A stretch of DNA of 43,370 nt from Acidilobaceae archaeon (GTDB taxonomy: Archaea; Thermoproteota; Thermoprotei_A; Sulfolobales; Acidilobaceae). The stretch spans positions 1 to 43,370 of the forward strand of contig JAPYWV010000001.1 of NCBI GenBank assembly GCA_028276165.1, read 5' to 3'. How positions within the stretch are numbered: position 1 is the first letter of the stretch; each line of letters begins with the position of its first letter. Below, in pieces: positions 16,408-26,575 of the stretch. The notes beneath the pieces were generated by a model, which saw only the letters and a list, made by a program, of their open reading frames with translations, made no database searches and had not been told where the DNA came from. The position numbers and the translations under genes were made by a program.

Positions 16408-18345
16408 GTGGGTTACCCAGAGGTTCTAGCTGAGCCCGGCTCAAGGGTACTTATGTTGGGTAATGTTGCTGTTGCTAGAGCATGCCTTGAGTACGGTGTT
16501 GGCCTAGCCTCCGGGTACCCTGGGACGCCATCATCTGAGGTTGTAGAGGCCCTAGCCTATGCTGCCTCCAAGCTAGGCTACCCCTATGTCGAGTGGAGTG
16601 TTAATGAGAAGGTTGCATTCGAGGTAGCCTATGGTGCTGCCATCTCGGGGGTTCCAAGCGTTGTCTCCATGAAGCATGTTGGTTTGAATGTGGCAGCAGA
16701 CCCCTTCTTTAGCAGCGCCTACACCGGTGTTGAGGCACCACTCCTAGTCATCTCAGCCGACGATCCTGGGATGTGGAGTAGCCAGAATGAGCAGGATAAC
16801 AGGTGGTATGGTGTCCACGCATACATACCAGTAGTGGAGCCTGCTGGAGCTCAGGAGGCTAGGGAGGCCACCCTTGAGGCTTTAAGGTTGAGTGGTGTGG
16901 TGAAACACCCAGTACTCCTAAGGCTCGTCACCAGGGTATCGCATACGAGAGCCCCTGTAACGGTGGGAGCTCTGGGGAGGCCCAGGCTTAGGGGGGTGTT
17001 TAAAAGTAACCCTTTAAGGTGGAACCTCATACCAGCACATGCTAGGAGGCTTAGGGAGGAGCTCATAGAGAGGTGGAGGAGGATTGAGGATCTCGTCTCC
17101 CGGAGTGAGCTTAACGTAGCTGAGGGGCCCAGGGACTCCCAGATCCTGGTAGTAGGCGTTGGAATAGGCTATAGGTACGCTAGGGAGGCTCTTAGAAGGC
17201 TTAAGGTTCACGTTAGGCTGGTTAAGGTAACCACCCCCATACCCCTACCATCAAAGTTCATCCTAGGAGAGGTGGAGGGTAGGAATGCTATCATCGTGGT
17301 GGAGGAGGGGGATCCTGTCTTCGAGACAATGCTTAAAGCTCTACTACAGGAGGCTAGCTTGAACACGAGGGTTTACGGTAAAAGGAGTGGTCACCTTAGG
17401 CCTACTGGCGAGCTTAGGCTAGAGGATGTGAAGAGGGCTATAGCGCAGGTTCTAGGCCTCGGGTATAGGGGGCCTGAGCTCCTGGAGGCAACAGTGAAGC
17501 CCCCTCCAAGACCTCCTGTCCTATGCCCTGGGTGTCCTTACAGGAGTGTTTTCTACGCTGTTAGAAGGGCTGTTAAGAAGCTCGGTCTCGATGTCGTCTA
17601 CTCAGGCGATATAGGCTGCTATAGCCTGACTGTTAACAAGCCCTTCAACGCACAGGATACCCTCATCGAGATGGGTGGTAGCGTGGGTCTCGCTAATGGC
17701 ATGTCCCACGTGCTAGGGGATAAGGTGGTGATCGCAACCATTGGTGACTCAACGTTCTACCATGCAGGCGTACCAGGGCTTATAAACGCTGTTTACAACA
17801 AAGCCCCCATGATGGTCTTAGTGCTTGATAACGGGGTTACAGCTATGACAGGCCACCAGCCCCACCCAGGTTCGGGTTTCAACGCTGTGGGAGGGGAGGC
17901 TAGGAGGATCCCTGTGGAGGATGTAGCGAGAGGTGTTGGAGTAGACTCGGTATACGTAGCTGAGGCTTTCAACCCAAGGGATGTTGAGGCTAAAGCTCTA
18001 AGTGCTTTAAGGGATGTAGGGGAGGGTAAGGTCTCAGTTGTAGTGGCGAGAGGCCCATGTATCCTCGTGGCGGTGGGTAGGGCTAGAGCTGAGAGCATCC
18101 CTAGGCCTAGCTATGCTGTGGATCCCAGCAGGTGTAAGGGGTGCATGGTATGCTATAAGGCTTTCAACTGCCCGGCTATAACGCCTAGTGGTGATGGTAA
18201 GGTAACCATCAACGGGGCTTTGTGCACGGGTTGCGGTGTATGCGAGAGGGTATGCCCCTTCAACGCCATAAAACCTGCTAGCTACGTTGATAAGAGGTGG
18301 TGGAAACTACTAGGGTTAACAGAGTCTAGTGTGGGAGGTGGCTAG
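16408..18345 (+). CDS. iorA: Indolepyruvate:ferredoxin oxidoreductase alpha subunit
   Basis: GYPGTPSSE, WSVNEKVA, MKHVGLNVAAD, LCPGCP, GDIGCY, IGDSTF, and two C-terminal ferredoxin motifs. Confidence 0.96.
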   Translation: MGYPEVLAEPGSRVLMLGNVAVARACLEYGVGLASGYPGTPSSEVVEALAYAASKLGYPYVEWSVNEKVAFEVAYGAAISGVPSVVSMKHVGLNVAADPFFSSAYTGVEAPLLVISADDPGMWSSQNEQDNRWYGVHAYIPVVEPAGAQEAREATLEALRLSGVVKHPVLLRLVTRVSHTRAPVTVGALGRPRLRGVFKSNPLRWNLIPAHARRLREELIERWRRIEDLVSRSELNVAEGPRDSQILVVGVGIGYRYAREALRRLKVHVRLVKVTTPIPLPSKFILGEVEGRNAIIVVEEGDPVFETMLKALLQEASLNTRVYGKRSGHLRPTGELRLEDVKRAIAQVLGLGYRGPELLEATVKPPPRPPVLCPGCPYRSVFYAVRRAVKKLGLDVVYSGDIGCYSLTVNKPFNAQDTLIEMGGSVGLANGMSHVLGDKVVIATIGDSTFYHAGVPGLINAVYNKAPMMVLVLDNGVTAMTGHQPHPGSGFNAVGGEARRIPVEDVARGVGVDSVYVAEAFNPRDVEAKALSALRDVGEGKVSVVVARGPCILVAVGRARAESIPRPSYAVDPSRCKGCMVCYKAFNCPAITPSGDGKVTINGALCTGCGVCERVCPFNAIKPASYVDKRWWKLLGLTESSVGGG

Positions 18346-18940
18346 CATAGCTTCGAGAGAGAGCTTCAACATTGTGATCGCTGGTGTTGGAGGTCAGGGT
18401 GTCCTAACACTCTCTAGGATAATAGGTGAGGCCTCCCTAGCCGGTGGTTTGAACGTACTAGTAGCTGAAACACATGGTCTAAGCCAGAGGGGTGGCTCTG
18501 TGGTAGTCCACGTTAGGATCGGTGATGTGGACTCACCACTGGTACCCCTCGGGGAGGCTGATCTCATGATCGGGCTGGAGCTCCTAGAGGTTTTAAGGAA
18601 CGTTAGTTACATGAGGAGGGGTGGCTTCATAGTAGCCGATAAGCTGGTGATACCCCCATCCATACCGGGTGTTACAGTGCCTAGCGTGGATAGCGTTATC
18701 GAAGCTCTAAGGGGCTTAGATGTAGAGTTGATCCTAACACCAGCTAGCGAGGTTGCAGAGAAGCTAGGAGACGTTAGGGTCGCCAACGTATACCTCCTAG
18801 GGCGAGCTCTCTCGAAGACAAGGCTGGGGGCCATTATAAGCTTTGATAGTGTAGCCAGGGTTCTAAGAGGTCTACCCAACCCTGAGTTGAACTTGAAGGC
18901 CTTCGAGCTAGGGTACACGGGTGGGGGGTTTGAGGGCTAA
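18329..18940 (+). CDS. iorB: Indolepyruvate oxidoreductase beta subunit
   Basis: AGVGGQG and ETHGLSQRGGSV motifs; follows iorA (GTG at 18338 may be the true start). Confidence 0.95.
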   Translation: MWEVASIASRESFNIVIAGVGGQGVLTLSRIIGEASLAGGLNVLVAETHGLSQRGGSVVVHVRIGDVDSPLVPLGEADLMIGLELLEVLRNVSYMRRGGFIVADKLVIPPSIPGVTVPSVDSVIEALRGLDVELILTPASEVAEKLGDVRVANVYLLGRALSKTRLGAIISFDSVARVLRGLPNPELNLKAFELGYTGGGFEG

Positions 18941-19475
18941 ACTACTTATACAACCGGTAGGGTTTAACGATAGGGGTACGTTGTACTGGCTAGTAGGGGA
19001 GCTTAAACGTAGGCTCCCCGTGGAGGTGGATGTTATGCTATCCCTATGGCCTATTAACCTGGATCACCTGGAGGTCTTCGACTGGAGTAGGATGCAGTTT
19101 AAAGCTGTTAAGGTTAACGAGCTCCTACACAGGCTCTTCAAGGAGGTTCTCATGCCCAGGAGAAGCCTTATCCTAGGCCTTGTAGCTGGTGATGGTTACG
19201 TTGAGGGTTTAAACTTCGTATTCGGCCTAGCCATGCCGGAGCTCTCGACGGCCACTGTCTACACCTCCAGGCTTGAAACAGGGGATCGCCAATTATACCA
19301 TCTCAGGATTTTAAAGGAGGTTATGCATGAGCTCGGGCACCTGCTAGGTTTAGGCCACTGTCCTAATAGGAGGTGTGTTATGTCCTTTAGTAATAGCGTT
19401 TCAGAGGTTGACCTTAAGGAGCCCTGGTTCTGCCCTGTTTGCGTATCCAAGCTTAAAAGTGTTACTAGCGCTTAG
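18921..19475 (+). CDS. amzA: Archaemetzincin Zn metalloprotease
   Basis: NFVFGLA; HELGHLLGLGHC..RCVMSFSNS..EVD.K…FC..C. Confidence 0.93.
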   Translation: MGGLRAKLLIQPVGFNDRGTLYWLVGELKRRLPVEVDVMLSLWPINLDHLEVFDWSRMQFKAVKVNELLHRLFKEVLMPRRSLILGLVAGDGYVEGLNFVFGLAMPELSTATVYTSRLETGDRQLYHLRILKEVMHELGHLLGLGHCPNRRCVMSFSNSVSEVDLKEPWFCPVCVSKLKSVTSA

Positions 19476-19507
19476 AGGTTTTGGCGTCTAGGGGTTTGGG
19501 GTGTGCT

Positions 19508-20488
19508 GTGTTGGCTTTACTCGAGATAGAGGATCTTAAAACTTACTACTTCACCCTAAGGGGCCCCGTTAGGGCTGTTGATGGTGTAACATTACAGCTT
19601 GAACGTGGCGAGGTTCTAGGTATCGCTGGTGAAAGTGGTTGTGGTAAGAGTACTCTGGCCTGGAGCATACTCGGCATGGTCCCACCCCCGGGTAGGATAG
19701 TCTCCGGTAGTATAGTCATAGACGGTGTTGATGTAACGAAGCTATCGGAGGAGGAGCTTAGGGCTAAGATTAGGTGGAAGAAGGTTAGCATGATATTCCA
19801 GGGTGCTATGAACAGCCTTAACCCCGTTTACACTGCTGGAGCTCAGATAGAGGAGGTTCTAACATACCATGCTAGGATGAGCAAGGTTGAGGCTAGGAGG
19901 CGTGTATACGAGCTCCTAGAGAGCGTGGGGCTCGATAGGAGTATTGCTAACAGGTACCCGCACGAGCTAAGCGGTGGGCAGAAGCAGAGGGTCGTGATAG
20001 CCATGGCGCTGGCCTTGGAGCCCGACATAGTGATAGCAGATGAGCCTACAACAGCTCTAGATGTTGTCGTCCAAGCACAGATACTGAATTTGATGAAGAG
20101 GCTTCAGAGGGAGAAGGGGATAAGCATAATACTTATAACACACGACCTAGCAATCATAGCTGAGATGGCCGACAGGGTTGCGATAATGTACGCTGGGAAG
20201 ATAGTAGAGTATGGTGGTAGCGAGCAGATATTCTACAAGCCAAGACACCCGTACACGTACCTGCTAATGAAAGCAGTACCAAAGCTAAGAGGGCCCAAGG
20301 AATCCCTGGTATACATACCGGGGCAGCCACCAGACCTAATAAACCCACCTAGAGGCTGTAGATTCGCACCAAGATGCCCCTACGCAATGGAGATATGCAA
20401 GGAGGATCCACCGGAGTTCACGCCAGAAGAAGGGCACATGTCAGCATGCTGGCTTGAGAGAACACCGGAGAAGATTAAGTACTCCTAG
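19508..20488 (+). CDS. oppD: Oligopeptide ABC transporter ATP-binding protein
   Basis: GESGCGKST, YPHELSGGQKQR, ADEPTTALD and C-terminal GCRFAPRC; start placed at GTG 19508. Confidence 0.93.
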   Translation: MLALLEIEDLKTYYFTLRGPVRAVDGVTLQLERGEVLGIAGESGCGKSTLAWSILGMVPPPGRIVSGSIVIDGVDVTKLSEEELRAKIRWKKVSMIFQGAMNSLNPVYTAGAQIEEVLTYHARMSKVEARRRVYELLESVGLDRSIANRYPHELSGGQKQRVVIAMALALEPDIVIADEPTTALDVVVQAQILNLMKRLQREKGISIILITHDLAIIAEMADRVAIMYAGKIVEYGGSEQIFYKPRHPYTYLLMKAVPKLRGPKESLVYIPGQPPDLINPPRGCRFAPRCPYAMEICKEDPPEFTPEEGHMSACWLERTPEKIKYS

Positions 20489-20991
20489 AGGTTCTCGAGC
20501 AACCTCCTAGCCCCTTCATCAACTCTTGCTAGAGCCCTAATCCTCTCGTACCCCCTACTACCTCTAACATAGGCTATGTAAGCTCTACTATAAGCCTCAA
20601 GCCTGGGTTCAAGCTTGTCGCCAAAGATAAGCTTACACAACTCCACGGCATTACCAACCTCGTATAGCTCCTCCTCAACACTATCAGGTCTCCTACGGAG
20701 TAGGAGGCTTAGAATTGGCTTACGTAACGCTCTCAACCTCTCCCACTCCTCAACAGCCTTAAAGCATGCTTCCACGAGCTTGTTGAAGAGCTCCTCAGCC
20801 CCCAGGGTGGACTCAAGCAACCTTAACCCTCTAGGTATAGCGGTGGAGCAACTACCCTTAGGGTATACTAGCGTTAGAGCTCTCCATTCCCTGGAGAGTA
20901 GCGGTGGTATGCTGGAGTCCACGCAGTACTCTCTAAGCTCGCCCTCTACATCGACCTTCATGATCCAAGCTTTGGAGGCGAAGCCCTCCAA
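20485..20991 (-). CDS. Hypothetical protein
   Basis: 168-aa ORF with native codon usage, coupled to the upstream gene. Confidence 0.65.
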   Translation of the reverse strand: MEGFASKAWIMKVDVEGELREYCVDSSIPPLLSREWRALTLVYPKGSCSTAIPRGLRLLESTLGAEELFNKLVEACFKAVEEWERLRALRKPILSLLLRRRPDSVEEELYEVGNAVELCKLIFGDKLEPRLEAYSRAYIAYVRGSRGYERIRALARVDEGARRLLENL

Positions 20992-20993
20992 TC

Positions 20994-21461
20994 CTATAAC
21001 CTCTTTAAAATGATGTACTCTAGGATGCCGTAGCTAGCTATTATCATTGATGGTATGAGGATTATGATGGCTGTAAGGCTTAGGAGGGGGTTCACGCCTT
21101 CCCTCCACATAGTGTACACTGTTACCTCAGCCCTGCCATGACCTGATTCGAAGTTGAAGGATATCACTTCGAGGAGGTTCCCCACTTTAATGTTAGTAGA
21201 GCCTCCGGGCTCGAGTTTTAGCTGTCTATCACCTATAGCTATGTTTAGCCACGAGCTACCGACATTGGATACCGTTATGGTTACATTCCTATACGGTCTA
21301 TCCAGTGTTATGTTTAGGAGCTCGAAGGCACGTTTAGATACACTGGATTCTATTATCAAAGTGTAGGGTGTCCCCACGGTGTCCCAGCCGCTCGCTATAA
21401 CTGATAGCGTGAAGGCCGCTAGGATCCCCGCTAGGCCTAGAGCTATCTTAGCTAAACCCAA
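20994..21461 (-). CDS. Hypothetical membrane protein (N- and C-terminal TM helices)
   Basis: TTG at 21461 with GGGTG RBS avoids overlap with the divergent gene; two hydrophobic ends. Confidence 0.65.
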   Translation of the reverse strand: MGLAKIALGLAGILAAFTLSVIASGWDTVGTPYTLIIESSVSKRAFELLNITLDRPYRNVTITVSNVGSSWLNIAIGDRQLKLEPGGSTNIKVGNLLEVISFNFESGHGRAEVTVYTMWREGVNPLLSLTAIIILIPSMIIASYGILEYIILKRL

Positions 21462-21540
21462 TAGACACCCCGGTTTCAGTATCTGGCTTGCAAGGCTATA
21501 TAAGATTTTAGCTACACCTCCTAGCACCAGGTTGAAGGCT

Positions 21541-22311
21541 ATGAGGAGGAGGCTAGCACTACTCTTAACCCCCATCCCCGCGGCTATCCTAGCGGCTCTT
21601 GCAATCCTATGGGCTAGTGGTTTTACTGTAGAGGAGGTCACCCTGGTTAAAGGAGGTGTTGTGGCTAACGAGACTAGGGGTTACAGTGTCTACTTTGATA
21701 GAGTGCGTGGGGTAGAATACATAGTTACATTCCTGGAGGCTGGCCGCGCAGATCTAAGGGTTGCAGTGCTATATAGCCTTAACGGCTCTATAGGCGAGGT
21801 TTTAAGCGATGCTAGTGTAACAGCTGGTTCTAGGGGCTACATAAGCCTGCCTCGGGGAGCTCTAGTAGACAACATCGCCCTGAAGCTAGCAAGCCCCCCC
21901 ATGTACATACCACCTAGTCTCATGGAGAGTGTGGAGCCAGGGGTCCTCAGGATCAGGTATGAGATGCCAGGCATGGGCGTCAACGCACTACTAGTGGCTA
22001 GGCTTAGGATAGAGTGGTTCAACGTAACGGTAGTTGGAGAAGGTGATTTCACTGTGAAAGCAGAGCTTTACAACGGCTGGGACCTCGTGGGTGTATTGGA
22101 GAGGAGTTGCAATAGAGTCTGCAGCCTAGAGTGGAGCCCGGAGAAGCCAGTGACATCAATAGACGTCATAGCTATCAAGACCGATACGAGAGCCCGTGCA
22201 ACACTACTAGTGGTAGGCCTACTAGCAGTTCTAACCCTACTCTCCACAACCCTCTATGTGATAATGAGAAGGGGGGTAAGCGAAAGCCTTTTAAGATTCA
22301 AACCTAGGTAG
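21541..22311 (+). CDS. Hypothetical membrane-anchored protein
   Basis: ATG 21541 (MRRRLALLL… signal/TM), beta-rich body, C-terminal TM followed by RR. Confidence 0.7.
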   Translation: MRRRLALLLTPIPAAILAALAILWASGFTVEEVTLVKGGVVANETRGYSVYFDRVRGVEYIVTFLEAGRADLRVAVLYSLNGSIGEVLSDASVTAGSRGYISLPRGALVDNIALKLASPPMYIPPSLMESVEPGVLRIRYEMPGMGVNALLVARLRIEWFNVTVVGEGDFTVKAELYNGWDLVGVLERSCNRVCSLEWSPEKPVTSIDVIAIKTDTRARATLLVVGLLAVLTLLSTTLYVIMRRGVSESLLRFKPR

Positions 22312-22330
22312 TCTAGGGTGGCTAGGTGAG

Positions 22331-25300
22331 GTGGAGGATATGAGCTCCCGTTTAAAGGCTTTAGCAATTGCTCTCGCAACACTCCTAGTACTACCACTAA
22401 TCCTGGCTCAAGCTACCCCCGCTTTAGCCCAGGTTAAGGGGCCTGCTGTTGATAGGGTTGAGTGGTTTAGAGTCAACATACCAGACGTACCTGCAGCCAT
22501 AACAGCTGGTAAGATAGACCTCTACATATTCGGCAGGCTCCCAGCCGCAATGGCCGAGGGTTTAGCTGCAACACCTGGTATAAGGATTGTAACGGCACCA
22601 GCAGGGTTAACAGACATAGTCTTAAACCCTGCTCCTGTTCAGATTCTGAAGTTCCCTGGTAGGGAGTCTAGGGAGACTGTTGCTTTGAAGCTTGGTGTTA
22701 ACCCAATGTTGATTAGGTATGTTAAGTATATTGAGGCTGAGAGGAAGACTGAGGTCGAGCTTTGTGGTGTTGTAGACGTACCTACGGGTGTTGAGGAGGT
22801 TTTCAGGGCTGAGAAGGTTAACTTCAACCCATTCTGTATAAGGGAGATTAGATTCGAACTACAGTACGCGTTCGATAGAGAGCGTATCGCTAGAGAGGTC
22901 TACAGAGGATTCGCTCTTGTAAAGTACACGTTCTACGGCCCAGACGACCCAACGTACGTGGAGCTAGTAGAGGTTATAGCCAGGTATGCTTTCGAGTATA
23001 ACTTCGAGAGGGCTAAGAGGAACATCGAGGATATAATGAAAGCTGTAGGAGCTGATCTCATTGGGGGTAAGTGGCATTATAGGGGTCAGAGGGTTGACAT
23101 AATTGGTATCATAAGAGTTGAAGATGAAAGGCTTGAACTTGGAAGATCATTCGCATTAGAGCTAGTAAAGCTAGGGTTCCATGTTATACCATCAGAGCTT
23201 ACGTTCGGGCCAGCGATAGGGATAGTTTATGGTACTAACCCGATAGACTTCCAGTGGCACTTCTACACTGAAGGTTGGGGTAAGGGTGCTCTAGATAGGT
23301 ATGATCCAGGTAACCTAGCCCAGTTCGGTGCCGATATAATAGGCTACTTGCCAGGCTGGGGTGAGCCTGAATACTGGAACTACAGGCACGAGCTTACAAT
23401 CGATGGTAGGAATGCTTCTGACTACGCTAGAGACGCCTACTACATGAAGGTTAAGAGTAAGGAGGAGTGGCTTGAAGCTCTAAGAAAGGGCACAGATCTA
23501 GCCATAAGAGAGTCCATTAGAATATGGGGTTTCGCAACACTAGACAAGTGGCCTGTAAGAGCTGAAGTCCAAGGATTAACGGTAGACCTAGGAGCAGGCC
23601 TTAGGAGTCCATTTAACTGTAGGGGCTGGTTCATACCTGGTAGGACTGATATCAAGGTTGGACACCTATGGGTATGGACAGCGACAACGGTATGGAACAC
23701 GTTTAGAGGATTTAGAGACGTGTACAGCGTTGACCCTGCAAGGTGCACCTACGACTTCGTAGTCTGGAGGCATCCATTTACAGGTATGCCTATACCGTTT
23801 AGAGCTAAGTTCACTGTTGAAACTGCAGGTCCTGATGGTAAGCTTAAGGTTCCAGATGATGCGTTATGGTTTGATGTTAAGAGGAAGACCTGGGTATACG
23901 CTAGGGAGCTAGGTAGAACTGAGGCTACCAGTAAGGTTGTCTTCGACATGTCACTATTCCTTGGAGCTAAATGGCATCACGGCCAGACCATAACATGGGC
24001 TGACCTACTGGGAACACTAGCACTATACCTAGACGCTGTCTACGACCCTGAGAAGGCTAAAATAGAGAGGGCATTCGTAGCTGTAAATAAGGAGGGTTTT
24101 GATACAGTTGTAGCCGTGAGACCTGTAGGTAACAATCTCGAAGTCTACATAAACTTCTGGCATTTCGAGCCAGCTTACATAGCTGATTGGGCTACATGGG
24201 CTACCTCCACGACAATACCGTTTGAGCTTGTTGTTGCTCAGACTTATGCTGGTTATATTGCTAAGGAGTTTGCATTAGACCTAGCTAGAGCTAGAGCTGA
24301 GAACCTACCATGGCTTAGTCTTGTTATGAAAGCTCATGCTGAGAAGGTTGCAGGTTACTTCAGGGATGGTAGGATTAAGTTCGATGACTTCAAATCATAC
24401 GTTACAACACCTGCAGGAGCGCTAATGACGCCTGCTGAGTGGGATGCTAGGGTTAGAGCTCTCCTATCATGGTTTGATAGAACTGGCAACCTATGGGTTT
24501 CCAATGGGCCGTACATGCTAACATACTATAGCCCTGAGGAGCAGAAGCTGATACTAGAGGCTTTCAGAGACCCGACTTACCCGTTCGGGCCCAGAGATTG
24601 GGTTTTCGGTGAAGCTAAACCAGTAGCGATAACAGAGGTCATAGCGCCCATGATACCTATTGGCGGTGTTGGTAAGATTGTTGTTAAAGCTGAGGGCCCA
24701 GGTGTTATTACCGTTAAGTATGTTGTCAGGGATCCTGTTACAAAAGCTGTTATCACTAGTGGTGTTGCTAAGAGTACAGCTGAGGGTTTCGTCGTAGAGC
24801 TCCCCGAGACGATAACAAGCCTACTCAATCCATTCACTGTATACGAGGTTCTACTTATAGCCTACTCGACTGAGATAACACTTCCAACTGAGAAGATTGT
24901 TAGGATCACTACTGTCCCTGCTGGTCTTGTTGCTGAGATTGGTGGTGTAGCGGCTGCTGTTGAGGAGCTTGGTAGGAATCTAGCTGAGGTTCAGGCTGAT
25001 CTTTTGAGGAGGATGGAGGAGCTTAGGGGTTCTCTTAGTGCTGAGCTTGCTTCTAGTATTAAGGCTTTAAGTGATGCTTTGACTGAGAGTATCTCCGCTA
25101 TAGGTAAGGCTACGAGTGATGCTATTGCACGTCTTGGATCTAGTGTTGAGGGTGGGTTTAAGAGGACTGATGATAGGATATCTGCTGTTGAGGATAGGAT
25201 TACTGGTGTTGAGAGGAAGCTATCAACGGACATACAGACCGTAGGGCAAACGGCTGAAGCAGCACAATCCAATGCAAGACTAGCACTCATAGTAAGCGTT

Positions 25301-25354
25301 ATAAACCTACTAGTACTACTAGGAGTAGCAGCAATGATATTCACTAGGAGGTAG
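22331..25354 (+). CDS. oppA: Oligopeptide ABC transporter substrate-binding protein with coiled-coil stalk and C-terminal TM anchor
   Basis: Signal peptide; family-5 SBP-like segments (NPFCIREIRF, KWHHGQTITWAD, VSNGPYML); precedes the permeases. Confidence 0.88.
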   Translation: MEDMSSRLKALAIALATLLVLPLILAQATPALAQVKGPAVDRVEWFRVNIPDVPAAITAGKIDLYIFGRLPAAMAEGLAATPGIRIVTAPAGLTDIVLNPAPVQILKFPGRESRETVALKLGVNPMLIRYVKYIEAERKTEVELCGVVDVPTGVEEVFRAEKVNFNPFCIREIRFELQYAFDRERIAREVYRGFALVKYTFYGPDDPTYVELVEVIARYAFEYNFERAKRNIEDIMKAVGADLIGGKWHYRGQRVDIIGIIRVEDERLELGRSFALELVKLGFHVIPSELTFGPAIGIVYGTNPIDFQWHFYTEGWGKGALDRYDPGNLAQFGADIIGYLPGWGEPEYWNYRHELTIDGRNASDYARDAYYMKVKSKEEWLEALRKGTDLAIRESIRIWGFATLDKWPVRAEVQGLTVDLGAGLRSPFNCRGWFIPGRTDIKVGHLWVWTATTVWNTFRGFRDVYSVDPARCTYDFVVWRHPFTGMPIPFRAKFTVETAGPDGKLKVPDDALWFDVKRKTWVYARELGRTEATSKVVFDMSLFLGAKWHHGQTITWADLLGTLALYLDAVYDPEKAKIERAFVAVNKEGFDTVVAVRPVGNNLEVYINFWHFEPAYIADWATWATSTTIPFELVVAQTYAGYIAKEFALDLARARAENLPWLSLVMKAHAEKVAGYFRDGRIKFDDFKSYVTTPAGALMTPAEWDARVRALLSWFDRTGNLWVSNGPYMLTYYSPEEQKLILEAFRDPTYPFGPRDWVFGEAKPVAITEVIAPMIPIGGVGKIVVKAEGPGVITVKYVVRDPVTKAVITSGVAKSTAEGFVVELPETITSLLNPFTVYEVLLIAYSTEITLPTEKIVRITTVPAGLVAEIGGVAAAVEELGRNLAEVQADLLRRMEELRGSLSAELASSIKALSDALTESISAIGKATSDAIARLGSSVEGGFKRTDDRISAVEDRITGVERKLSTDIQTVGQTAEAAQSNARLALIVSVINLLVLLGVAAMIFTRR

Positions 25355-25380
25355 CCTGAAGGGAGACCACACCCAAACAC

Positions 25381-25405
25381 CTTTTTCCATTCTACTTTCC
25401 TTTTA
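25381..25405 (+). terminator. Pyrimidine/T-rich archaeal terminator after the SBP gene
   Basis: CTTTTTCCATTCTACTTTCCTTTT downstream of the stop. Confidence 0.45.
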
Positions 25406-25462
25406 ATCTAAACTTTTAAGGTTCTACTGTTAGATTGTGTTAGAGGTGCGGGGGCATACTCT

Positions 25463-26575
25463 ATGCCCTTAGATAGGAGATCTCTTAGGGTAATAGGTTT
25501 TAGGGCTATAACCCTATCCATAACCCTAATCCTTGTCCTGGTAATGACAGCCATTATTGTAGGCGCTACAGGGTATGATCGCGTGATACTCAGCGCTATC
25601 ATAAGGGAGGAGGTTAGGCAGTATAGGGAGCAGCTCACAAGACCGGGTTCAGAGCTGCCGAGGGAGGAGGTTGAGAGGTTGGTGGCAGAGTATAGGGAGT
25701 ATCTTATAAGAACTTATGGTCTCGATAAACCTTGGTATCAGAGATCCCTTTCTCTCATACCTAAGGTTATAGTTCTGGATCTTCATGTAAGTCAACCTGA
25801 GGTAGCGGGGGTTGTCGGTTTATCCCCTCCAGTCAAAGTAGGGGATGTTATTGCGGTAGCCCTACCAAGGACTATAGTGATGATCACCGTCGCCTACATA
25901 ATATCGGCTTTGATCGCCATCCCGCTAGGGCCTTTCATAGCTTATAGGAGGGGTAGTACCTTGGATAAAGGGGTTATAACGTATGCTGCTATAACAAACG
26001 CCTTCCCCACATGGTGGATTGCAATGCTAGCCGTAGCTCTGGCAGGCTTCTACCTAGGGATAGCTCCAACAAGCTATAGGCCTATAGCTAAGCTCATATC
26101 AGACTTCACGTCAAACCTACTATCACTAGATGTGATCGGCCTAACTGTGACCTTTAAGGACATCCTCTACTACTCATACCTCCCAATACTTGTTGTAACT
26201 TTCGCGACTCTAGGTGGGTGGCTGTACTCAGCTAGAGCTGTGGCCATAAGGGTTGTAAGCGAGGACTACGTTATAGCTGCTAGGGCTAGGGGGTTGTCTG
26301 AGGGTAGGGTTGTTAGAAGGTATGTAATGAGGGTTATAGCAGGCCCTATACTTACATTCGTGATACTAGGGCTAGCTGGTAGCATTGGGGGTTACATTAT
26401 AACGGAGACTGTATTCGACTGGCCTGGCATGGGGCTCCTATACTATACGTCCATAGCGACAGGCGACAGCCCCATGGTCTTAGCCCTTGTCTATGTTACC
26501 ACCCTAGTCTACATAGCCGCTAGGTTTATACTAGAAGTCTTATACGTAATCCTGGATCCGAGGGTGAAGCTGTAA
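25463..26575 (+). CDS. oppB: Oligopeptide ABC permease
   Basis: YGLDKPW, EDYVIAARARGL and ITETVFDWPGMG motifs. Confidence 0.93.
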   Translation: MPLDRRSLRVIGFRAITLSITLILVLVMTAIIVGATGYDRVILSAIIREEVRQYREQLTRPGSELPREEVERLVAEYREYLIRTYGLDKPWYQRSLSLIPKVIVLDLHVSQPEVAGVVGLSPPVKVGDVIAVALPRTIVMITVAYIISALIAIPLGPFIAYRRGSTLDKGVITYAAITNAFPTWWIAMLAVALAGFYLGIAPTSYRPIAKLISDFTSNLLSLDVIGLTVTFKDILYYSYLPILVVTFATLGGWLYSARAVAIRVVSEDYVIAARARGLSEGRVVRRYVMRVIAGPILTFVILGLAGSIGGYIITETVFDWPGMGLLYYTSIATGDSPMVLALVYVTTLVYIAARFILEVLYVILDPRVKL

